This document shows, piece by piece, positions 10,101 to 21,532 of a stretch of DNA of 64,000 bases. The notes beneath the pieces are model-generated. The model worked only from the letters and a program-made list of their open reading frames with translations, was not told the origin of the DNA and ran no database searches. Each line of letters starts with the position of its first letter. Position 1 is the stretch's first letter. Source of the DNA: Thermodesulfobacteriota bacterium (GTDB lineage Bacteria > Desulfobacterota > Desulfarculia > JACQYL01); contig CAXXLZ010000002.1 of NCBI GenBank assembly GCA_963675595.2, forward strand, positions 2,304,001 to 2,368,000. The letters are read 5' to 3'. A program made the translations under genes and the position numbers.

Positions 10101-11867
10101 CTCGACCTCTTCGGCGTGAAGCGCACGCCCGTAATCCCAAAGAGCCCGATGCGGTTCGCCTGCGGCCTCATAAGCCTTTCCCCGATAATAAAGACCCGAT
10201 TTCGATGATGGTTCCAGCGTCAAGGCCTGATCCATGTCTCCGATCGCGACCACGATTCGGCCCAGGGCGAGGTTGGCCTGTCCCTTGAGTATCCACGCAG
10301 AAGCCGACTTGGGTTCCCCGGCCACCGCTTTTTCCAGTTGCTCGAGAGCTTCGGCGGGGCGTCTCATGTCCAATAGGACCCGGCCGAGCAGGCAGCGGGC
10401 CTCGGCTTCCAGTTCCCCGCTTTGGATACTTTCCAGATCCTTTATCGCGATCTCGTAGAAGCCGAGCCGGCGACAGGCCGCAGCACGGAACAGCCGAAGC
10501 TCCGCCGAGCCCGGATTTTCGTTCAACAGGCCCGTCAAGAGCCTGTATGCTTTGTGGTCTTGCCCGGCGAGCAATTGGGAAACCGCTTGAGATCGAACCT
10601 CTTCCGGGTTGTCGGATGAAACATCTTCGGTCCGGTCCGGCGGGGCAATATCATGGATATCGATCCCCAGCACCTTCCCGAGTCCCAGGACAATGTCTTC
10701 ATTCGCCCGGTTCACGAATCCGGCCCGCTGAAGAAGGCTTCCCCGTGCCACCAGCAGCATCCCGAAGGCCGCCGTGGAATCATACGAGGGAGGAATTCCG
10801 AATTGAGGCAACTTCCATCCCCGCGCCCGAAACGATGAGGACGGGAATTCCTCCACCAGCCGATCGAAATCTTCAAGAGCCTCGGGCATTCGTACCATGT
10901 TCCGGCGGAGCCGGCCTCGAAGAAAGAGGGCCCAAACCAGCCGATCGTCGATTTCCAGCGCCCTGGAATACTCCTTCAAGGCATTCTTGGTTCGGCCTTT
11001 CTTCTCATACAGGAGCCCCAAGAGGCAGTGGACCTCGGGCATTTCCGGATTCAATTTCAGGGCCTCCCGATAATCCACGGCTGCTTCCGCCACGCGGCCT
11101 GATTTGTGAAGCACCGCTCCTCGAAAGGCATATGCCTCAGCCTGAGTGGGGTTGGATTCAATGATGCGAGCGCACTCGGAAAGGGCCGCCTCAACGTCGC
11201 CATGATCGTAATACAGCATGGCCCGGCTCAGGCGAGAGCCGATGAGGGAAGGATCCAGCGATAGAGCCCGGTCATAATCCATTGATGCATTGTCCGGCTC
11301 CCCTGCCTCCAGGTAAGTTTCAGCCCGCAGGTTAAGCAACTCCGTATTGTCCGGCTCGGCGTGCAGGACTTTGGAGTAATCGTCCAACGCCTCAGCCAAC
11401 CTTCCCAGCCGCCGCAGAGCGGCTCCCCTTTTGAGCAACAGCTCTCGGTCTTTCGGGAATGCGCCGATCGCTGCGTCAAGATCCGAGATCGCCGCTTGGG
11501 TTTGTCCCATTTCGAGATAAACTTGAGCGCGCAGTGGATATGCAGCCGAGAAATCCGGGGCCTCCGAAAGGACACGGTTGAGTTCGGTCAATGCCTCGGA
11601 ATATCGTCCCTCCCGCACCAGAGCCTCTCCGCGATGATAGACAGCCTGTAGTTCCGAGGATCGACGATGGTGATGCACTCCCCAAATGCCGCCGACGGCC
11701 AAGCCGACCAGGAGCAGCACGAGAACAAACGGATTGAGTCCAAGAAAGCGTGATTTCATCGAGGCACTTTGTTCCAATGGAAGAGAAGAAGTCTTTACGG
11801 CCCCACCGGGCCCGGTTTGTGAAACGAACTTGCAGGTATCATAAGGCCGAATTGAACTATACCGCAT
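7113..11867 (-). CDS. Large membrane-anchored tetratricopeptide-repeat protein (start may be 11759)
   Basis: N-terminal hydrophobic helix, then many TPR units (AYxxRGxxYxxxGxxxxAxxDyxxAlxxxP). Confidence 0.9.
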   Translation of the reverse strand: MRYSSIRPYDTCKFVSQTGPGGAVKTSSLPLEQSASMKSRFLGLNPFVLVLLLVGLAVGGIWGVHHHRRSSELQAVYHRGEALVREGRYSEALTELNRVLSEAPDFSAAYPLRAQVYLEMGQTQAAISDLDAAIGAFPKDRELLLKRGAALRRLGRLAEALDDYSKVLHAEPDNTELLNLRAETYLEAGEPDNASMDYDRALSLDPSLIGSRLSRAMLYYDHGDVEAALSECARIIESNPTQAEAYAFRGAVLHKSGRVAEAAVDYREALKLNPEMPEVHCLLGLLYEKKGRTKNALKEYSRALEIDDRLVWALFLRGRLRRNMVRMPEALEDFDRLVEEFPSSSFRARGWKLPQFGIPPSYDSTAAFGMLLVARGSLLQRAGFVNRANEDIVLGLGKVLGIDIHDIAPPDRTEDVSSDNPEEVRSQAVSQLLAGQDHKAYRLLTGLLNENPGSAELRLFRAAACRRLGFYEIAIKDLESIQSGELEAEARCLLGRVLLDMRRPAEALEQLEKAVAGEPKSASAWILKGQANLALGRIVVAIGDMDQALTLEPSSKSGLYYRGKAYEAAGEPHRALWDYGRALHAEEVEGTDIREILVRRCSRIESLGPEATSPFLHLCRGRLLGKQGRIELGRDELFTAYSSLIENLKPTAEFGFGKVGAAAALSGFRRRIADAATFLANGRPDSAIWELSRAAELKPEVPEAYRMRARAYLDLGLTEPADHDVEEGLRWKPEDRELLFLQGLIWQSRGEHAAAVTRFEELLKSDPVFFDAHEALGRSLVLEESQSGTTPTRDDFHMETDDGRRCYAHFLMGRASGFYERGMPVQALEELDAAFEAAPGDVEVLLQRARLREQVGDGEAALADANRALAMEPNSLRGLLTRGELYLKRGVWDAVVQDATKALKRAPGNPDALRIQGKALLASGKPDRALSSFDTLIRSNPGRPDGYLGRAEARMALKNYGAAAADVAKALSLDSDLPKAYRVKGAVQRALGLQEAACESLGRALEYGGADPGLLMERGELYEETSQFDRALDDYLNALKSNAGLVKAAFASGRLAGAGVTSAQYPDPVASIDSQALGRDALAAYLAGLALGEADGGNLEEALERFRTALEAAELPGIRLLSGNVRLASHHPEEALAEYTLAMEDGHPTADPFYLRGKTYAVLHKPLEAIRDFETAIELERSGSVFSSDLAASSRFLGVSADLRLPLFLISRGASYSRAGGMSLAREDALEAYRMVIGADVAPPEPVHSLKSGSKETRVPVGAGRVIKGEIYLDTGLSPSGVFKCTKKIREHPESALAWLKRGEAYLALLLWDPALRDLDRALSINSKLGEAYLGRARALQGMGRHSEAVEDFFKAAEAGASSESVLFGLGRSMAFLEKEREIKLLERIKQVIDASSSESFADFLVGRGTGYQSRGEVDLAVSDYSEAIVYDPDRAIFHYLRGKAYQGLLEYDLAAKDFSKVVELAPKNGGAFFRKGLMHLKMFQFQRAEEAFTRAMELVGESPPAEFQRLGLRPSSFESLDPEIAEIVCLFSRGTARYKQGDKAHYLSDFEQAYRLLFKSDTFSLRSDEAVTNSDPPSNPSGQ

Positions 11868-12166
11868 CGAACAAAGATGTCCAATGATCTGTGGTTCGCC
11901 GCCGGCGCAAAAAAATCCCGATCTTACTCCTGAAAAGGACCACGGCTTGAGGTATAATCGTCGGCAGGGAGGAAAGGACCGGCACGAAGGTTAGCTCCTT
12001 TGCTTCGCGGGATCGTGTAACCCCGGGCAAGTTCGGGACACGAAAGCGGGAAGCGGCCGAACGTATCCGAACGGTCAACTTGGCCGGGTTTGATGGGCCG
12101 AGGGGTTGGGCCCGGTCTCCGCCTCCAATCGGAGGACCAACCTTCCGGTAGCGCGAGGAAGAGGTT

Positions 12167-15100
12167 ATGAGAGAGGAGAATGGAAGCGGCCATGAGGCGT
12201 CGGTTGATGAAATGGATCAGCTCAAGAATCGGCTGAGGGTGTATGAGAATCGTTGTTCTCTCTTTTTGAGAGGCTTCGGCGACGCTGTTTACATTTTCCC
12301 CGTGTGGCCGGGCAACGTTCCCGGCAAATTCGAAGAAGTCAACGAAGCCGCCTGCTCCATGTTGGGTTACTCCCGGGAGGCGTTTCTGGAAATGTCGCCC
12401 TTGGATATTGAAGCCCCCACGCCCACCCCATCCATCACGGCAATCCTCGGAACGCTGTCCCTCAACCAACCCCAAACATTCATCACCGCCCAGAAGTCCC
12501 GAACCGGACGAAACATACCCGTCGAACTCAGTATCCGTCTTTTTGCTCATAACGGAAAGACCATGGCGGCCTCCATCGCTCGTCGGCCCTCGGACTCCGA
12601 TTTGCAGAAAACGGCTCCCGGCACCGAACAGGAGAAGTACAAGGCGGTTTTCGAGAACGCGGGCATAGGCATGGACCTTGTGGATAATGACGGCCGTTTC
12701 ATCGAAGTAAATGCCGCTTTGGCTCGTATGCTCGGTTATACGCAAGAAGAACTACAGCACATGGCCATCCATGACGTCACTCATCCGGATGACAAGGAAA
12801 TTTCCGATCACTATCTTCGGGGGGCGATCTCAGGGGCCTTCCCCTCGTATCGGATAGAGAAGCGTTATCGCCGAAAAGACGGGACTACCCTGTGGGCCGA
12901 CCTATCCGTCTCTGCGGTAAGAGATTCCACCGGCCGCCATGTGTCCACCATCGGAGTCATCCAAGACATTACCCATCGCAAACAGACGGAGGATGCCCTC
13001 CGGGCCAAAGAGGAGAAATATCGAACACTGGTTGAAAACGCCGGAGACGCAATCTATGTCGCTCAAGAGGGCACGCTGATTTACCTGAACTCAAAGACTG
13101 AAGAGATATCCGGGTATACCGAACAGGAATTGAAATCCAGGCCGTTCATCGAGTTCATCCATCCGGATGATCGTGCGATGGTGTTGGAGAGACACATAAG
13201 GAGACAACAGGGAGAGGACCTCCCTTCTCAATATTCCTTCAGGATCGTCCGACGTTCCGGAGAAATTCGCTGGGTGGAACTGAACGTCGTTTGTTTGAAA
13301 TGGGAAGGGAAAAACGCCACTCTCAACTTCGTGAGCGACATCACCGAGCGCAAGCAAGCCGAAGATACCATTGCGCGTCGACTGACCTTTGAGCGGCTGC
13401 TTTCACGTATTTCCTCCAAGGCGGTGAAAGCGGACAATCTGCAGGAATTTTTGGATGACTGTTTGGCGGACATGTGTGGGACCTTGGGCGCGACTCACGC
13501 CCACCTTTTTGAGCACTGCGAGGAAACCGACACCATAGACCGGATATCCTCCATGCGCGCCGATGGAAGGTCCCTTGGTGAAGTGCCCCACGGCAACGAA
13601 TCGGATTCCCTCCCCTCCTGCTGGACGCAAGAGCTGCGCAACGGCCGAGTAATCCGTTGCGACGACGTTGAGAGAATCTCCGACGACGAGACAAGAGCAT
13701 ATTTGCGTCGCGGCAATATCCTCTCCGTCTTGGCCGTCCCGCTTTTCGTCGGGAAGAGTTATTACGGTTTTGTTCGCTTCGACATATGCGGAGCCCATTA
13801 CCCATGGCCGCGGGAGTGCCTGGAACTTTTACCCGCCCTCTCCGGAATCATGTCCGGCGTCATAGAACGAAGACGGGCGGATGAGGCCATTCAGACGGCG
13901 GAGGAAACCTACAGGACCATCTTTCTCAATTCTCAAATCGGTTTGTTCAGGACCGACATGAAGACCGGCCTGATGCTGGACGCAAACGATGCCGTGGCAC
14001 AGTTCGCCGGGTACAAGGACAGGGAGGAACTGCTCGCGGATCGGTTCAACATCGCGGAGCGCTACGTGGGCCCGGACGACCGGCAAAGAATGATTTCTCA
14101 ATTAGAGGCCAAGGGTGAGATAAGAAATTTCGAGGCACCCTTCAGGAAGAACGACGGTTCCGTCATACTCGTTCGATTCTCCGGCAGAGTTCACCATGAT
14201 AAGGGATGGATCGAAGGAGTATCCGAAGACATCACGGAACGAAAGCTGGCGGAGGAGGCGTTGCGCGAAAGCATCCTGCGTTACGAACTCGTTCTGGAGG
14301 GGGCTTCCGGGGGTATTTGGGATTGGGACGTGGCCAAGAAACGTGTGCACTTCTCCTCCAGTTGGAAAGCTATGCGCGGCTACGACGACAACGAAATAGG
14401 CACCGACGAGTCTGAGTGGAGTAAGAGGATTCATCCTGACGACGCCCCTCGAATCATGGAAGGAGTCCGGGCCCACTTCGCCGGGGAATCCCCCTTCTTC
14501 GAAGAAGAATACCGTGTTCGCTGCAAAGACGGCTCCTGCAAATGGGTTCTTGCCCGCGGCAAAGCGTTCCGCGATGCAAACGGTCGGATCGTGCGAATGG
14601 CGGGATCGGAAATCGACATTACCGAGCGGAAACGTACCGAAGCGGAGCGGGTGAGGCTGCAGGCTCAGTTGACTCAGGCTCAAAAGATGGAATCCGTGGG
14701 CCGTCTCGCGGGAGGCGTGGCCCATGACTTCAACAACATGTTGGGCGTGATTCTCGGTCAGACCGAGATGGCGCTGGCCCAGACCGATCCCGCCCATCCG
14801 TTATTCGCCCGTCTCCACGAAATCCAAAAGGCGGCCCAGCGCTCCGCGGACCTTACCCGGCAATTGCTCGCATTCGCCCGCAGGCAAACCATCAGCCCCA
14901 AGATTCTTGACTTGAATGAGACCGTGGAGGGGATGCTCAGAATGCTGAGGCGCCTCATCGGCGAGGACATCGATTTGGCTTGGCATCCCGGCAGAAACCT
15001 TTGGCCGGTCAAGATGGACCCTTCCCAAATAGACCAAATTTTGGCCAACCTGTGCATCAACGCCCGCGATGCCATTGCCTGTGTGGGGAAGGTCACCATA

Positions 15101-15802
15101 GAAACGGGCAAGGCGAATTTTGACGAAGAATACTGTGCGGACCGCCCTGGATTGGTTCCGGGCGAGTACGTTTTGCTGTCCGTGGCCGACAACGGTTGCG
15201 GTATGGAAAAGGCGACACTGGCCAATCTCTTCGAGCCCTTTTTCACCACCAAGGAGATGGGCAAAGGTACGGGCCTTGGATTGGCGACGGTCTACGGCAT
15301 TGTGAAACAGAACAACGGATTCATTGAAGTCCACAGCGAAAAGGGACTGGGCACCGTTTTCAAGCTCTACCTCCCGAAGCACGAGGGCCTGGAGGAGCCG
15401 ACCAACGTTGAATGCGTCATCAAAGATGTGGCTCGAGGCCACGAGACCATTCTTCTGGTTGAGGATGAAACGGCCATATTGGACATGGCTAAAACCATGC
15501 TGGAGAGGCTCGGATACCGGGTCGTGGCCGCCTGCACTCCCGGTGAAGCCATCCGATTAGCCGAGGACCACGCCGAAGAAATCAATCTGCTCATGACCGA
15601 TGTCGTCATGCCCGAGATGAACGGTCGGGAGTTGGCCGAACGCCTGCTTACCCTGTACCCGAACCTCAAATGCCTCTTTACGTCGGGCTACACCGCCGAC
15701 GTGATCGCGCATCACGGCGTCCTCGATGAGGGCTTGAACTTCATTCAGAAGCCTTTCTTGTTTCAGGATCTGGCCTTCAAACTGCGAGAGCTGTTGTCGT
15801 GA
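12167..15802 (+). CDS. Cytoplasmic hybrid histidine kinase (multiple PAS/PAC, GAF, HisKA, HATPase, REC)
   Basis: Repeated DITERK PAC ends, [10 protein letters not shown]-box, FEPFFTTK and GTGLGL boxes, ILLVEDE...DVVMP receiver. Confidence 0.95.
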   Translation: MREENGSGHEASVDEMDQLKNRLRVYENRCSLFLRGFGDAVYIFPVWPGNVPGKFEEVNEAACSMLGYSREAFLEMSPLDIEAPTPTPSITAILGTLSLNQPQTFITAQKSRTGRNIPVELSIRLFAHNGKTMAASIARRPSDSDLQKTAPGTEQEKYKAVFENAGIGMDLVDNDGRFIEVNAALARMLGYTQEELQHMAIHDVTHPDDKEISDHYLRGAISGAFPSYRIEKRYRRKDGTTLWADLSVSAVRDSTGRHVSTIGVIQDITHRKQTEDALRAKEEKYRTLVENAGDAIYVAQEGTLIYLNSKTEEISGYTEQELKSRPFIEFIHPDDRAMVLERHIRRQQGEDLPSQYSFRIVRRSGEIRWVELNVVCLKWEGKNATLNFVSDITERKQAEDTIARRLTFERLLSRISSKAVKADNLQEFLDDCLADMCGTLGATHAHLFEHCEETDTIDRISSMRADGRSLGEVPHGNESDSLPSCWTQELRNGRVIRCDDVERISDDETRAYLRRGNILSVLAVPLFVGKSYYGFVRFDICGAHYPWPRECLELLPALSGIMSGVIERRRADEAIQTAEETYRTIFLNSQIGLFRTDMKTGLMLDANDAVAQFAGYKDREELLADRFNIAERYVGPDDRQRMISQLEAKGEIRNFEAPFRKNDGSVILVRFSGRVHHDKGWIEGVSEDITERKLAEEALRESILRYELVLEGASGGIWDWDVAKKRVHFSSSWKAMRGYDDNEIGTDESEWSKRIHPDDAPRIMEGVRAHFAGESPFFEEEYRVRCKDGSCKWVLARGKAFRDANGRIVRMAGSEIDITERKRTEAERVRLQAQLTQAQKMESVGRLAGGVAHDFNNMLGVILGQTEMALAQTDPAHPLFARLHEIQKAAQRSADLTRQLLAFARRQTISPKILDLNETVEGMLRMLRRLIGEDIDLAWHPGRNLWPVKMDPSQIDQILANLCINARDAIACVGKVTIETGKANFDEEYCADRPGLVPGEYVLLSVADNGCGMEKATLANLFEPFFTTKEMGKGTGLGLATVYGIVKQNNGFIEVHSEKGLGTVFKLYLPKHEGLEEPTNVECVIKDVARGHETILLVEDETAILDMAKTMLERLGYRVVAACTPGEAIRLAEDHAEEINLLMTDVVMPEMNGRELAERLLTLYPNLKCLFTSGYTADVIAHHGVLDEGLNFIQKPFLFQDLAFKLRELLS

Positions 15803-16090
15803 ACCAACCGATTCCGATTCATCGCCCTCTCTCTGAGCGGTTCCGCGATGTACATGTTCGCGATGATTGCCGACCCGTTCTTTCTTGCACGCTTCAAGCG
15901 CCGGCAATGAAAGGCATCGGAAACAACGAGACTGAAATTTGAAAGGAGGGAAAGAAGCCCATTGAGCCGAGGAAATGGGCCCGACCGGCGGCCGCTCTTT
16001 GGTTGGGACGGACGTAGTCAATGAGAGTCCGTGACGTGCGCGGGCGAAATGCCTGCGGGATGATTGAGAGGACAAGGGGGAGACGAAGTG

Positions 16091-17677
16091 ATGATTTGGC
16101 TGAAAAATCTGAAGATCGGTACCAGAGTAGGGCTTGGCTTCACCGTTATTATCATTTTCATGCTACTGATCGGGTATGGCGGTTTTCTTGGTGTCAATAC
16201 CGTAAAATACGAGCTAAACGACATCTTTGAGACCAGATTTCCCAGCCTTGATTACCTGATCGAGGCCGACCGCGACCTTCAACAGCTCCTCGTTGCGGAA
16301 AGGTCCATGATCTTCGCCGACGCGAACTCCGAGGTCTTCAGGCGGTTGCTTCAAGATTACGAGCAGAACCTGAAGCAATCGGAAGAACGGATAGGCAAAT
16401 ACGCCGCTCTCTCCATTACCCCGGAAGAGCGTAAAATCATACTTGAGTACGAGTCCGCCGCGAAAGAATGGAAGGAGGTGTCCAGGCGGGTGCTGGAAGC
16501 TCGGATGGCGGATACTCCCGAAAGTCGTCGAGAAGCCACTGACCTCACCTTGGGCGAGGCGGAAAAGAAATTCGAAGAAATGAGGGAGTATATCGACACA
16601 TTGACGGAGCTGGTACTCAAGCTCGCGCGAGAAGCTCATCAAAACGCCGAAAGCATGTATGACAGGACCATCTACACGCTTATCGGAATCATAGGCGTCG
16701 GCTTACTGGTGGGCATTGTGTTGATGTGGCTCATGAATCGGGCGATCACGCGTCCCCTGAGAGCCGCCATTGAAGGATTGACCGGCATTTCGATGCAGGT
16801 GGCCTCCGCCTCCGGCGAGGTGGCGTCTTCGAGTCAACAACTGGCAGAGGGTTCGTCCGAGCAGGCGGCGTCTTTGGAGCAGACTTCGGCCTCACTGGAA
16901 GAAATGTCTTCCATGACCCGGCAGAATGCGAACAACGCCGGGAATGCCGATGGCCTGATGAAAGGGGCGCAAGAGGTGGTGGACATGGCGAATACGTCCA
17001 TGTCCCAACTCACGGCCGCTATGGAGGAGATATCCAATGCCGGCGCCGAGACATCGAAGATCGTCAAAACCATCGACGAGATAGCTTTTCAGACCAATCT
17101 GCTGGCGTTGAACGCCGCGGTGGAGGCCGCCCGCGCAGGTGAAGCCGGAGCCGGTTTCGCGGTGGTGGCTGACGAAGTGCGGAACTTGGCCATGCGCGCT
17201 GCGGATGCCGCCAAGAACACGGCCGGTCTGATCGAGTCCACCATCAAGAAAGTCGGTGACGGGTCGGAACTGGTCACCAAGACGAACGGCGCCTTTTCCG
17301 AGGTGGCCGCCAACTCTAAAAAAGCGGCCGAGCTGGTCGCGGAAATCGCCGCGGCTTCCAACGAGCAGGCCCAAGGCATCCAGCAGGTCGGGATCGCCAT
17401 CGCCGAGATGGACAAAGTGACTCAAAGGAACGCGGCCAACGCCGAAGAGTCCGCCTCCGCCTCGGAGCAAATGAGCGCCCAGGCGGAACAAATGAAAACG
17501 TACGTTGGCTATTTGGAGAGGTTGGTCGGCAGCCGTAGGGAAGAGTCGCAAACACGGCGGATCGGTTTTTCCCGTGCCGGACGAAAAGGGTCTCCGGCTG
17601 ATGCTGCGGGCGGGAGAAAGAGTCTACCGGCTTCGACGGGTATCGTCAGGCATTCCGGCTCGAAACAGCAGGAATAG
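16091..17677 (+). CDS. Methyl-accepting chemotaxis protein with 4-helix-bundle sensor
   Basis: Two TM helices; [37 protein letters not shown] signalling hairpin. Confidence 0.96.
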   Translation: MIWLKNLKIGTRVGLGFTVIIIFMLLIGYGGFLGVNTVKYELNDIFETRFPSLDYLIEADRDLQQLLVAERSMIFADANSEVFRRLLQDYEQNLKQSEERIGKYAALSITPEERKIILEYESAAKEWKEVSRRVLEARMADTPESRREATDLTLGEAEKKFEEMREYIDTLTELVLKLAREAHQNAESMYDRTIYTLIGIIGVGLLVGIVLMWLMNRAITRPLRAAIEGLTGISMQVASASGEVASSSQQLAEGSSEQAASLEQTSASLEEMSSMTRQNANNAGNADGLMKGAQEVVDMANTSMSQLTAAMEEISNAGAETSKIVKTIDEIAFQTNLLALNAAVEAARAGEAGAGFAVVADEVRNLAMRAADAAKNTAGLIESTIKKVGDGSELVTKTNGAFSEVAANSKKAAELVAEIAAASNEQAQGIQQVGIAIAEMDKVTQRNAANAEESASASEQMSAQAEQMKTYVGYLERLVGSRREESQTRRIGFSRAGRKGSPADAAGGRKSLPASTGIVRHSGSKQQE

Positions 17678-17957
17678 GTTGGATATCCGCGCCGTAAGGA
17701 CCTGGACGAAACCGACGAATGGTCGGCCCGTCAAATCCGCTGGTTGTCCGCTTTGTTATCGCCGGAAAGCTTGCGTGTAACCTGGGTCCTTCTGTGGACT
17801 TCGACTTCACTGACCTGGGTGATGATCTTTTTGGGGGGCCGTACGCACGAAGAACGGCCCGATCGGCACATCCGATCCAACTTGGAGACGACCGCGTTTG
17901 CCGAATGGGGGCTTCGGATCGCGGTCTGAACTTAATCCCCGGATGAGGAACGGTTTC

Positions 17958-18164
17958 ATGGAAGCACCGGGCAGGAAAAGAGCCTCCCGCGGGGGAAGAC
18001 ACAAACAGCACCGATGCCACGTATGCGGGACCGAAGTGCCCTTCTGTTGGTCGTGCACCTGCGGTTTTCAAATCTGTCAGGCCTGCATGGACTTGAACAA
18101 GTGGGGAATGAGCAACGACGTGACCTGGATATGTCCCGACTGCGGCAGGATGCGCAGTTTTTGA
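17958..18164 (+). CDS. Small Cys-rich (zinc-ribbon-like) protein
   Basis: CHVC, CWSCTC, CQAC and CPDC motifs; GAGGA RBS before ATG 17958. Confidence 0.65.
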   Translation: MEAPGRKRASRGGRHKQHRCHVCGTEVPFCWSCTCGFQICQACMDLNKWGMSNDVTWICPDCGRMRSF

Positions 18165-18217
18165 AAAAACCGGGAGCCGGAGGAAAAGATCAGGGGGCTT
18201 CCGGCTCCGGAAGCCCC
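18163..18217 (-). terminator. Intrinsic terminator of fba (between convergent genes)
   Basis: Minus strand GGAGCCGGA...TCCGGCTCC stem followed by a T6 tract; overlapping GGGGCTTCCG/CGGAAGCCCC repeat. Confidence 0.6.
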
Positions 18218-18227
18218 TTATGCATGG

Positions 18228-19364
18228 CTATTCCTGAAAATACTCCCAGACCTTGTCCGCCAGCATGATGGACTTGGTCGCTTCGAACAGCCGTATGGCT
18301 TCTTCGTAAACGTGCACCGTAATGCGCCTCTTGTATGGCTCATCCAGCGTATTGAATCGATCCGAGAACTGCTTGTTCGCCTTCTTGATATTGCCGCCCG
18401 TGTTTCCGGTTTCGACGGCCCAGGCCCACATTTCCTCCCAAAGCTCATCGGAAACGCCGCGATACGGCCTGCGCACATAGCTTTTGTCTTCGTTGGTAAT
18501 CGCGTTTCCGTTGAAATCCATGGCGATACCGAACGCGATGTTTTGCCAGAAGGTGCCCACGTTCCCTTTCCGGATGCCGTATTTGATGAATTCTTTGATC
18601 TTGTCCATGGAGGTTCCGGTAATCCCGTGTTGCGCGATGTCCACCCCCCATTCCTGGACGGCTTCATAAATATGGCCGGTGAGCTCCAACTGGATCCCTT
18701 CTTGCGCTTCCCCTCCGAAATAGGTGCCGTGAATCGAACCGTTATTGATGGCCAACAAATCGGGGTGAATCCCGGCCTGATTCAGTTCTCCGATAAACCA
18801 GCGTGCTTCCTCGGGCTGAGTGAAGCCTTCCGCGGTTCCTTTCTTGGCTCCGATTTCCCCAAGCTCCACTTCGAGGGACAAGCCGGCTTCCTGCACGATC
18901 TTTCCCAGTTCGATGGTGGCCTGTAAATTCTTGTCGTTCTCCATGTGGGAGGCGTCCACCGCAAAAGAGGTGAAACCGGCCTCCAGCTGTTCGTGAATCA
19001 AATCGGCGACCTTGGAAACCTCGTCCGGGCTCTTCACCCCCAAGTGATCGGCGTGAATTGCAAAAGGAACATAGGTGTTTCCGAGACTTTCGTGCACTTC
19101 CATGACCGCGTCGACAAAGGATTTGGGGTTGAACTCCGTGTAAGCCAACTCCGATTTGGCGATCTCGTACATCATGGGCGCACCGGTGGCCATAGAGGCC
19201 CGCGCCAACCCCTCCATGGGGAGTTTGCAGCGCATGTTCGTGGCCATGATCATGGCGGTGTATTTTTTGGCTGTCTTAACCAAGGCTTTTCCGTTGATCA
19301 ACGGCACCTTGGAGTCCTTAAATCGGGCCTTGACGTTATCCGGCCTCAAGTCCGCATAATCCAT
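18228..19364 (-). CDS. fba: Class II fructose-bisphosphate aldolase
   Basis: AIHADH, GFTSFAVDASH, EVELGEIG, GSIHG and AQHGITG motifs. Confidence 0.88.
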   Translation of the reverse strand: MDYADLRPDNVKARFKDSKVPLINGKALVKTAKKYTAMIMATNMRCKLPMEGLARASMATGAPMMYEIAKSELAYTEFNPKSFVDAVMEVHESLGNTYVPFAIHADHLGVKSPDEVSKVADLIHEQLEAGFTSFAVDASHMENDKNLQATIELGKIVQEAGLSLEVELGEIGAKKGTAEGFTQPEEARWFIGELNQAGIHPDLLAINNGSIHGTYFGGEAQEGIQLELTGHIYEAVQEWGVDIAQHGITGTSMDKIKEFIKYGIRKGNVGTFWQNIAFGIAMDFNGNAITNEDKSYVRRPYRGVSDELWEEMWAWAVETGNTGGNIKKANKQFSDRFNTLDEPYKRRITVHVYEEAIRLFEATKSIMLADKVWEYFQE

Positions 19365-19650
19365 GGGTCTCCTTCCTGATTAGCCGATGGGAATCGGATT
19401 CGTCGTTGGGGTTCCTTCGGCGCTCACCGGTTGTCGATCCGGTCCTTTGGAACGCCGGTGAGGTACGGGGCTTGGGTTGAAGAAATCGGCGAAATGGTTG
19501 GAGGTGGTGTTTTGTGGTCTCGGGTTCGCAACATGGCCGCGCCATGCAGCGAAGATGCGACCAAAAATCATACGGCTTCCGTGGAAACGGAGGAAGCGTC
19601 CGTTGTGGACGCCCCCCGGAAAAAATCACTGCTGCCGTCGGCGAACGTCT

Positions 19651-20667
19651 TTAGAGGTCCCGAGCCAGAACCTCGGCAATCTGAACCGCATTGGCCGCCG
19701 CGCCTTTACGTACATTATCCGCGGCCACCCACATAATCAACCCGTTGTTGTCCGTGGAGAGGTCTTCGCGGATTCGTCCCACCCAGGTAAGATCCTGGCC
19801 TGCGACATCCACAGGCAGGGGATACTCGTTCCGTTCCACTCGGTCCTTCACAAGAATCCCCGGAGCCGCGGAAAGCAATTCCCTCGCCTTTTCCACGGAC
19901 AGAGGCCGTTCCGTCTCGATATGCACCGTCTCACTGTGACCGTACAATACCGGGACCCGCACCGTGGTTGCGGAGATCCGAATGGTGTCGTCCTCCAGAA
20001 TCTTCCGGGTTTCGTTCACCATCTTCATTTCTTCCTTGGTGTAGCCGTTGTCCAAAAAGACGTCGATGTGTGGAAGCACATTGAATGCGATGGGGTGAGG
20101 GTACACCTTGGGTTGAAAGGACTCACCGCTCAGTATGGCGCGTACCTGGTCCATCAGTTCGGTTACGCCTTTTTGACCCGTTCCCGATACGGCTTGATAG
20201 GTCGACACAATGACTCTCGTGATCCGAGCGTAGTCGTGCAACGGTTTGAGCGCCACGACCATTTGGATGGTCGAACAGTTGGGATTGGCGATGATGCCTT
20301 TGTGGTCTCGAATCCGGTGAGGATTGACTTCGGGCACCACCAGCGGAATTTCCGGATCCATGCGGAAGGCGCTGGAATTATCCACCACCACGGCCCCGGC
20401 CGCAGCCGCAATGGGAGCGAATTCCCTGCTCACGGAAGCTCCGGCCGAAAATAGAGCAATATCGATACCCTGAAAGGATTCGGAGCCCAGCACCTCCACC
20501 GGGATCTCGTTTCCCTTGAATTTCAATAGCTTACCTCGCGACTTCTCGGAGGCCAGAAGTCTAAGGTTGCCCACGGGAAAGTCTCGTTCCTCAAGGCTGA
20601 TGATCATCTGATTGCCGACGGCGCCCGTGGCTCCCACCACCGCTACATTCAACTCCCGCTGAGACAT
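19651..20667 (-). CDS. asd: Aspartate-semialdehyde dehydrogenase
   Basis: VVGATGAVG, DNSSAFRM, NPNCSTIQM, DNVRKGAA. Confidence 0.97.
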   Translation of the reverse strand: MSQRELNVAVVGATGAVGNQMIISLEERDFPVGNLRLLASEKSRGKLLKFKGNEIPVEVLGSESFQGIDIALFSAGASVSREFAPIAAAAGAVVVDNSSAFRMDPEIPLVVPEVNPHRIRDHKGIIANPNCSTIQMVVALKPLHDYARITRVIVSTYQAVSGTGQKGVTELMDQVRAILSGESFQPKVYPHPIAFNVLPHIDVFLDNGYTKEEMKMVNETRKILEDDTIRISATTVRVPVLYGHSETVHIETERPLSVEKARELLSAAPGILVKDRVERNEYPLPVDVAGQDLTWVGRIREDLSTDNNGLIMWVAADNVRKGAAANAVQIAEVLARDL

Positions 20668-20743
20668 ACTCGATCTTCTCCCTCTATCCTTCAGTACTTT
20701 TCAATCTCCGCCAAGGAGACCGACCCTTCCACGGGACGAGCCC

Positions 20744-21532
20744 CTAACCCCTGGTCTCACTTGAGGCGGGCTCGGATTCGTTCTTGGGAACCTCCTCCGT
20801 CTGCGGCTTTCGTTTCCGGAGCACAAAACCGACCGGTCCACTCAATACGTAGCAGACTCCGAGGAGGAACAGCATCACCTGCGGCTTGGCGGCAACAACC
20901 ACGAAAAGGAGCAGCGCCGCAACCAGCGTATTGAAAGATCTTTTCCTGAAAAAATCCAGATCCTTAATGCTGAAAAACTTGACGGTACTTACCATGAAGA
21001 ACGACAGGACGTAAATCTCGACCATGACCAGAGTCTGGTGCTCGACGGGGGAGATTTCCATATGGCGTAAGAACAACACCGTTGTCGCAAGCATCCCGGC
21101 CGCAGCGGGGATCGGTAAGCCGTTGAAAAACTTGGAGCTGATTTGACCCGTTTGAACGTTGAATCTGGCCAATCGTAAAGCGCCGCATGCCATGAAGAGG
21201 AACGCGGCAAGCCAGCCGAGCCGCCCGATGGACTCAAAAGCCCACAGATAGGCCATCAACGCCGGAGCCAATCCAAAAGCAATCAGATCGGCGAGAGAAT
21301 CGTATTCCACCCCGAAACGCGAGGTCGAGTGCGTCAGGCGTGCGATATGGCCGTCCAGTCCGTCGAACAGGATGGAGCCGAGGATGGCGAAAGCGGCCTG
21401 ATGGAATTGACCGTGTATCGAGGAGACGATGGAATAGAAACCCAGAAAAAGGCTGGCGGTGGTGATCAAGTTCGGAAGTAAATAGATGCCGCGCCTTTTC
21501 CGGGACGAGTTCTTCTTACGTCTTTTCCTCAT
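20744..21532 (-). CDS. pssA: CDP-diacylglycerol--serine O-phosphatidyltransferase
   Basis: LPNLIT, DGLDGHIAR...FGVEYDSLAD, LRLARFN. Confidence 0.95.
   Translation of the reverse strand: MRKRRKKNSSRKRRGIYLLPNLITTASLFLGFYSIVSSIHGQFHQAAFAILGSILFDGLDGHIARLTHSTSRFGVEYDSLADLIAFGLAPALMAYLWAFESIGRLGWLAAFLFMACGALRLARFNVQTGQISSKFFNGLPIPAAAGMLATTVLFLRHMEISPVEHQTLVMVEIYVLSFFMVSTVKFFSIKDLDFFRKRSFNTLVAALLLFVVVAAKPQVMLFLLGVCYVLSGPVGFVLRKRKPQTEEVPKNESEPASSETRG

Noticed and set aside
11980-11997. CGGCACGAAGGTTAGCT as a sigma54 promoter for the kinase
   Set aside because: GG-to-GC spacing is one base too long, which sigma54 does not tolerate.
15803-16090. Possible c-di-GMP riboswitch or sigma28 promoter upstream of the MCP
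   Set aside because: No GGCAAAC...GAAA...GACGCAAAGC core; the only GCCGA lacks a properly spaced TAAA.
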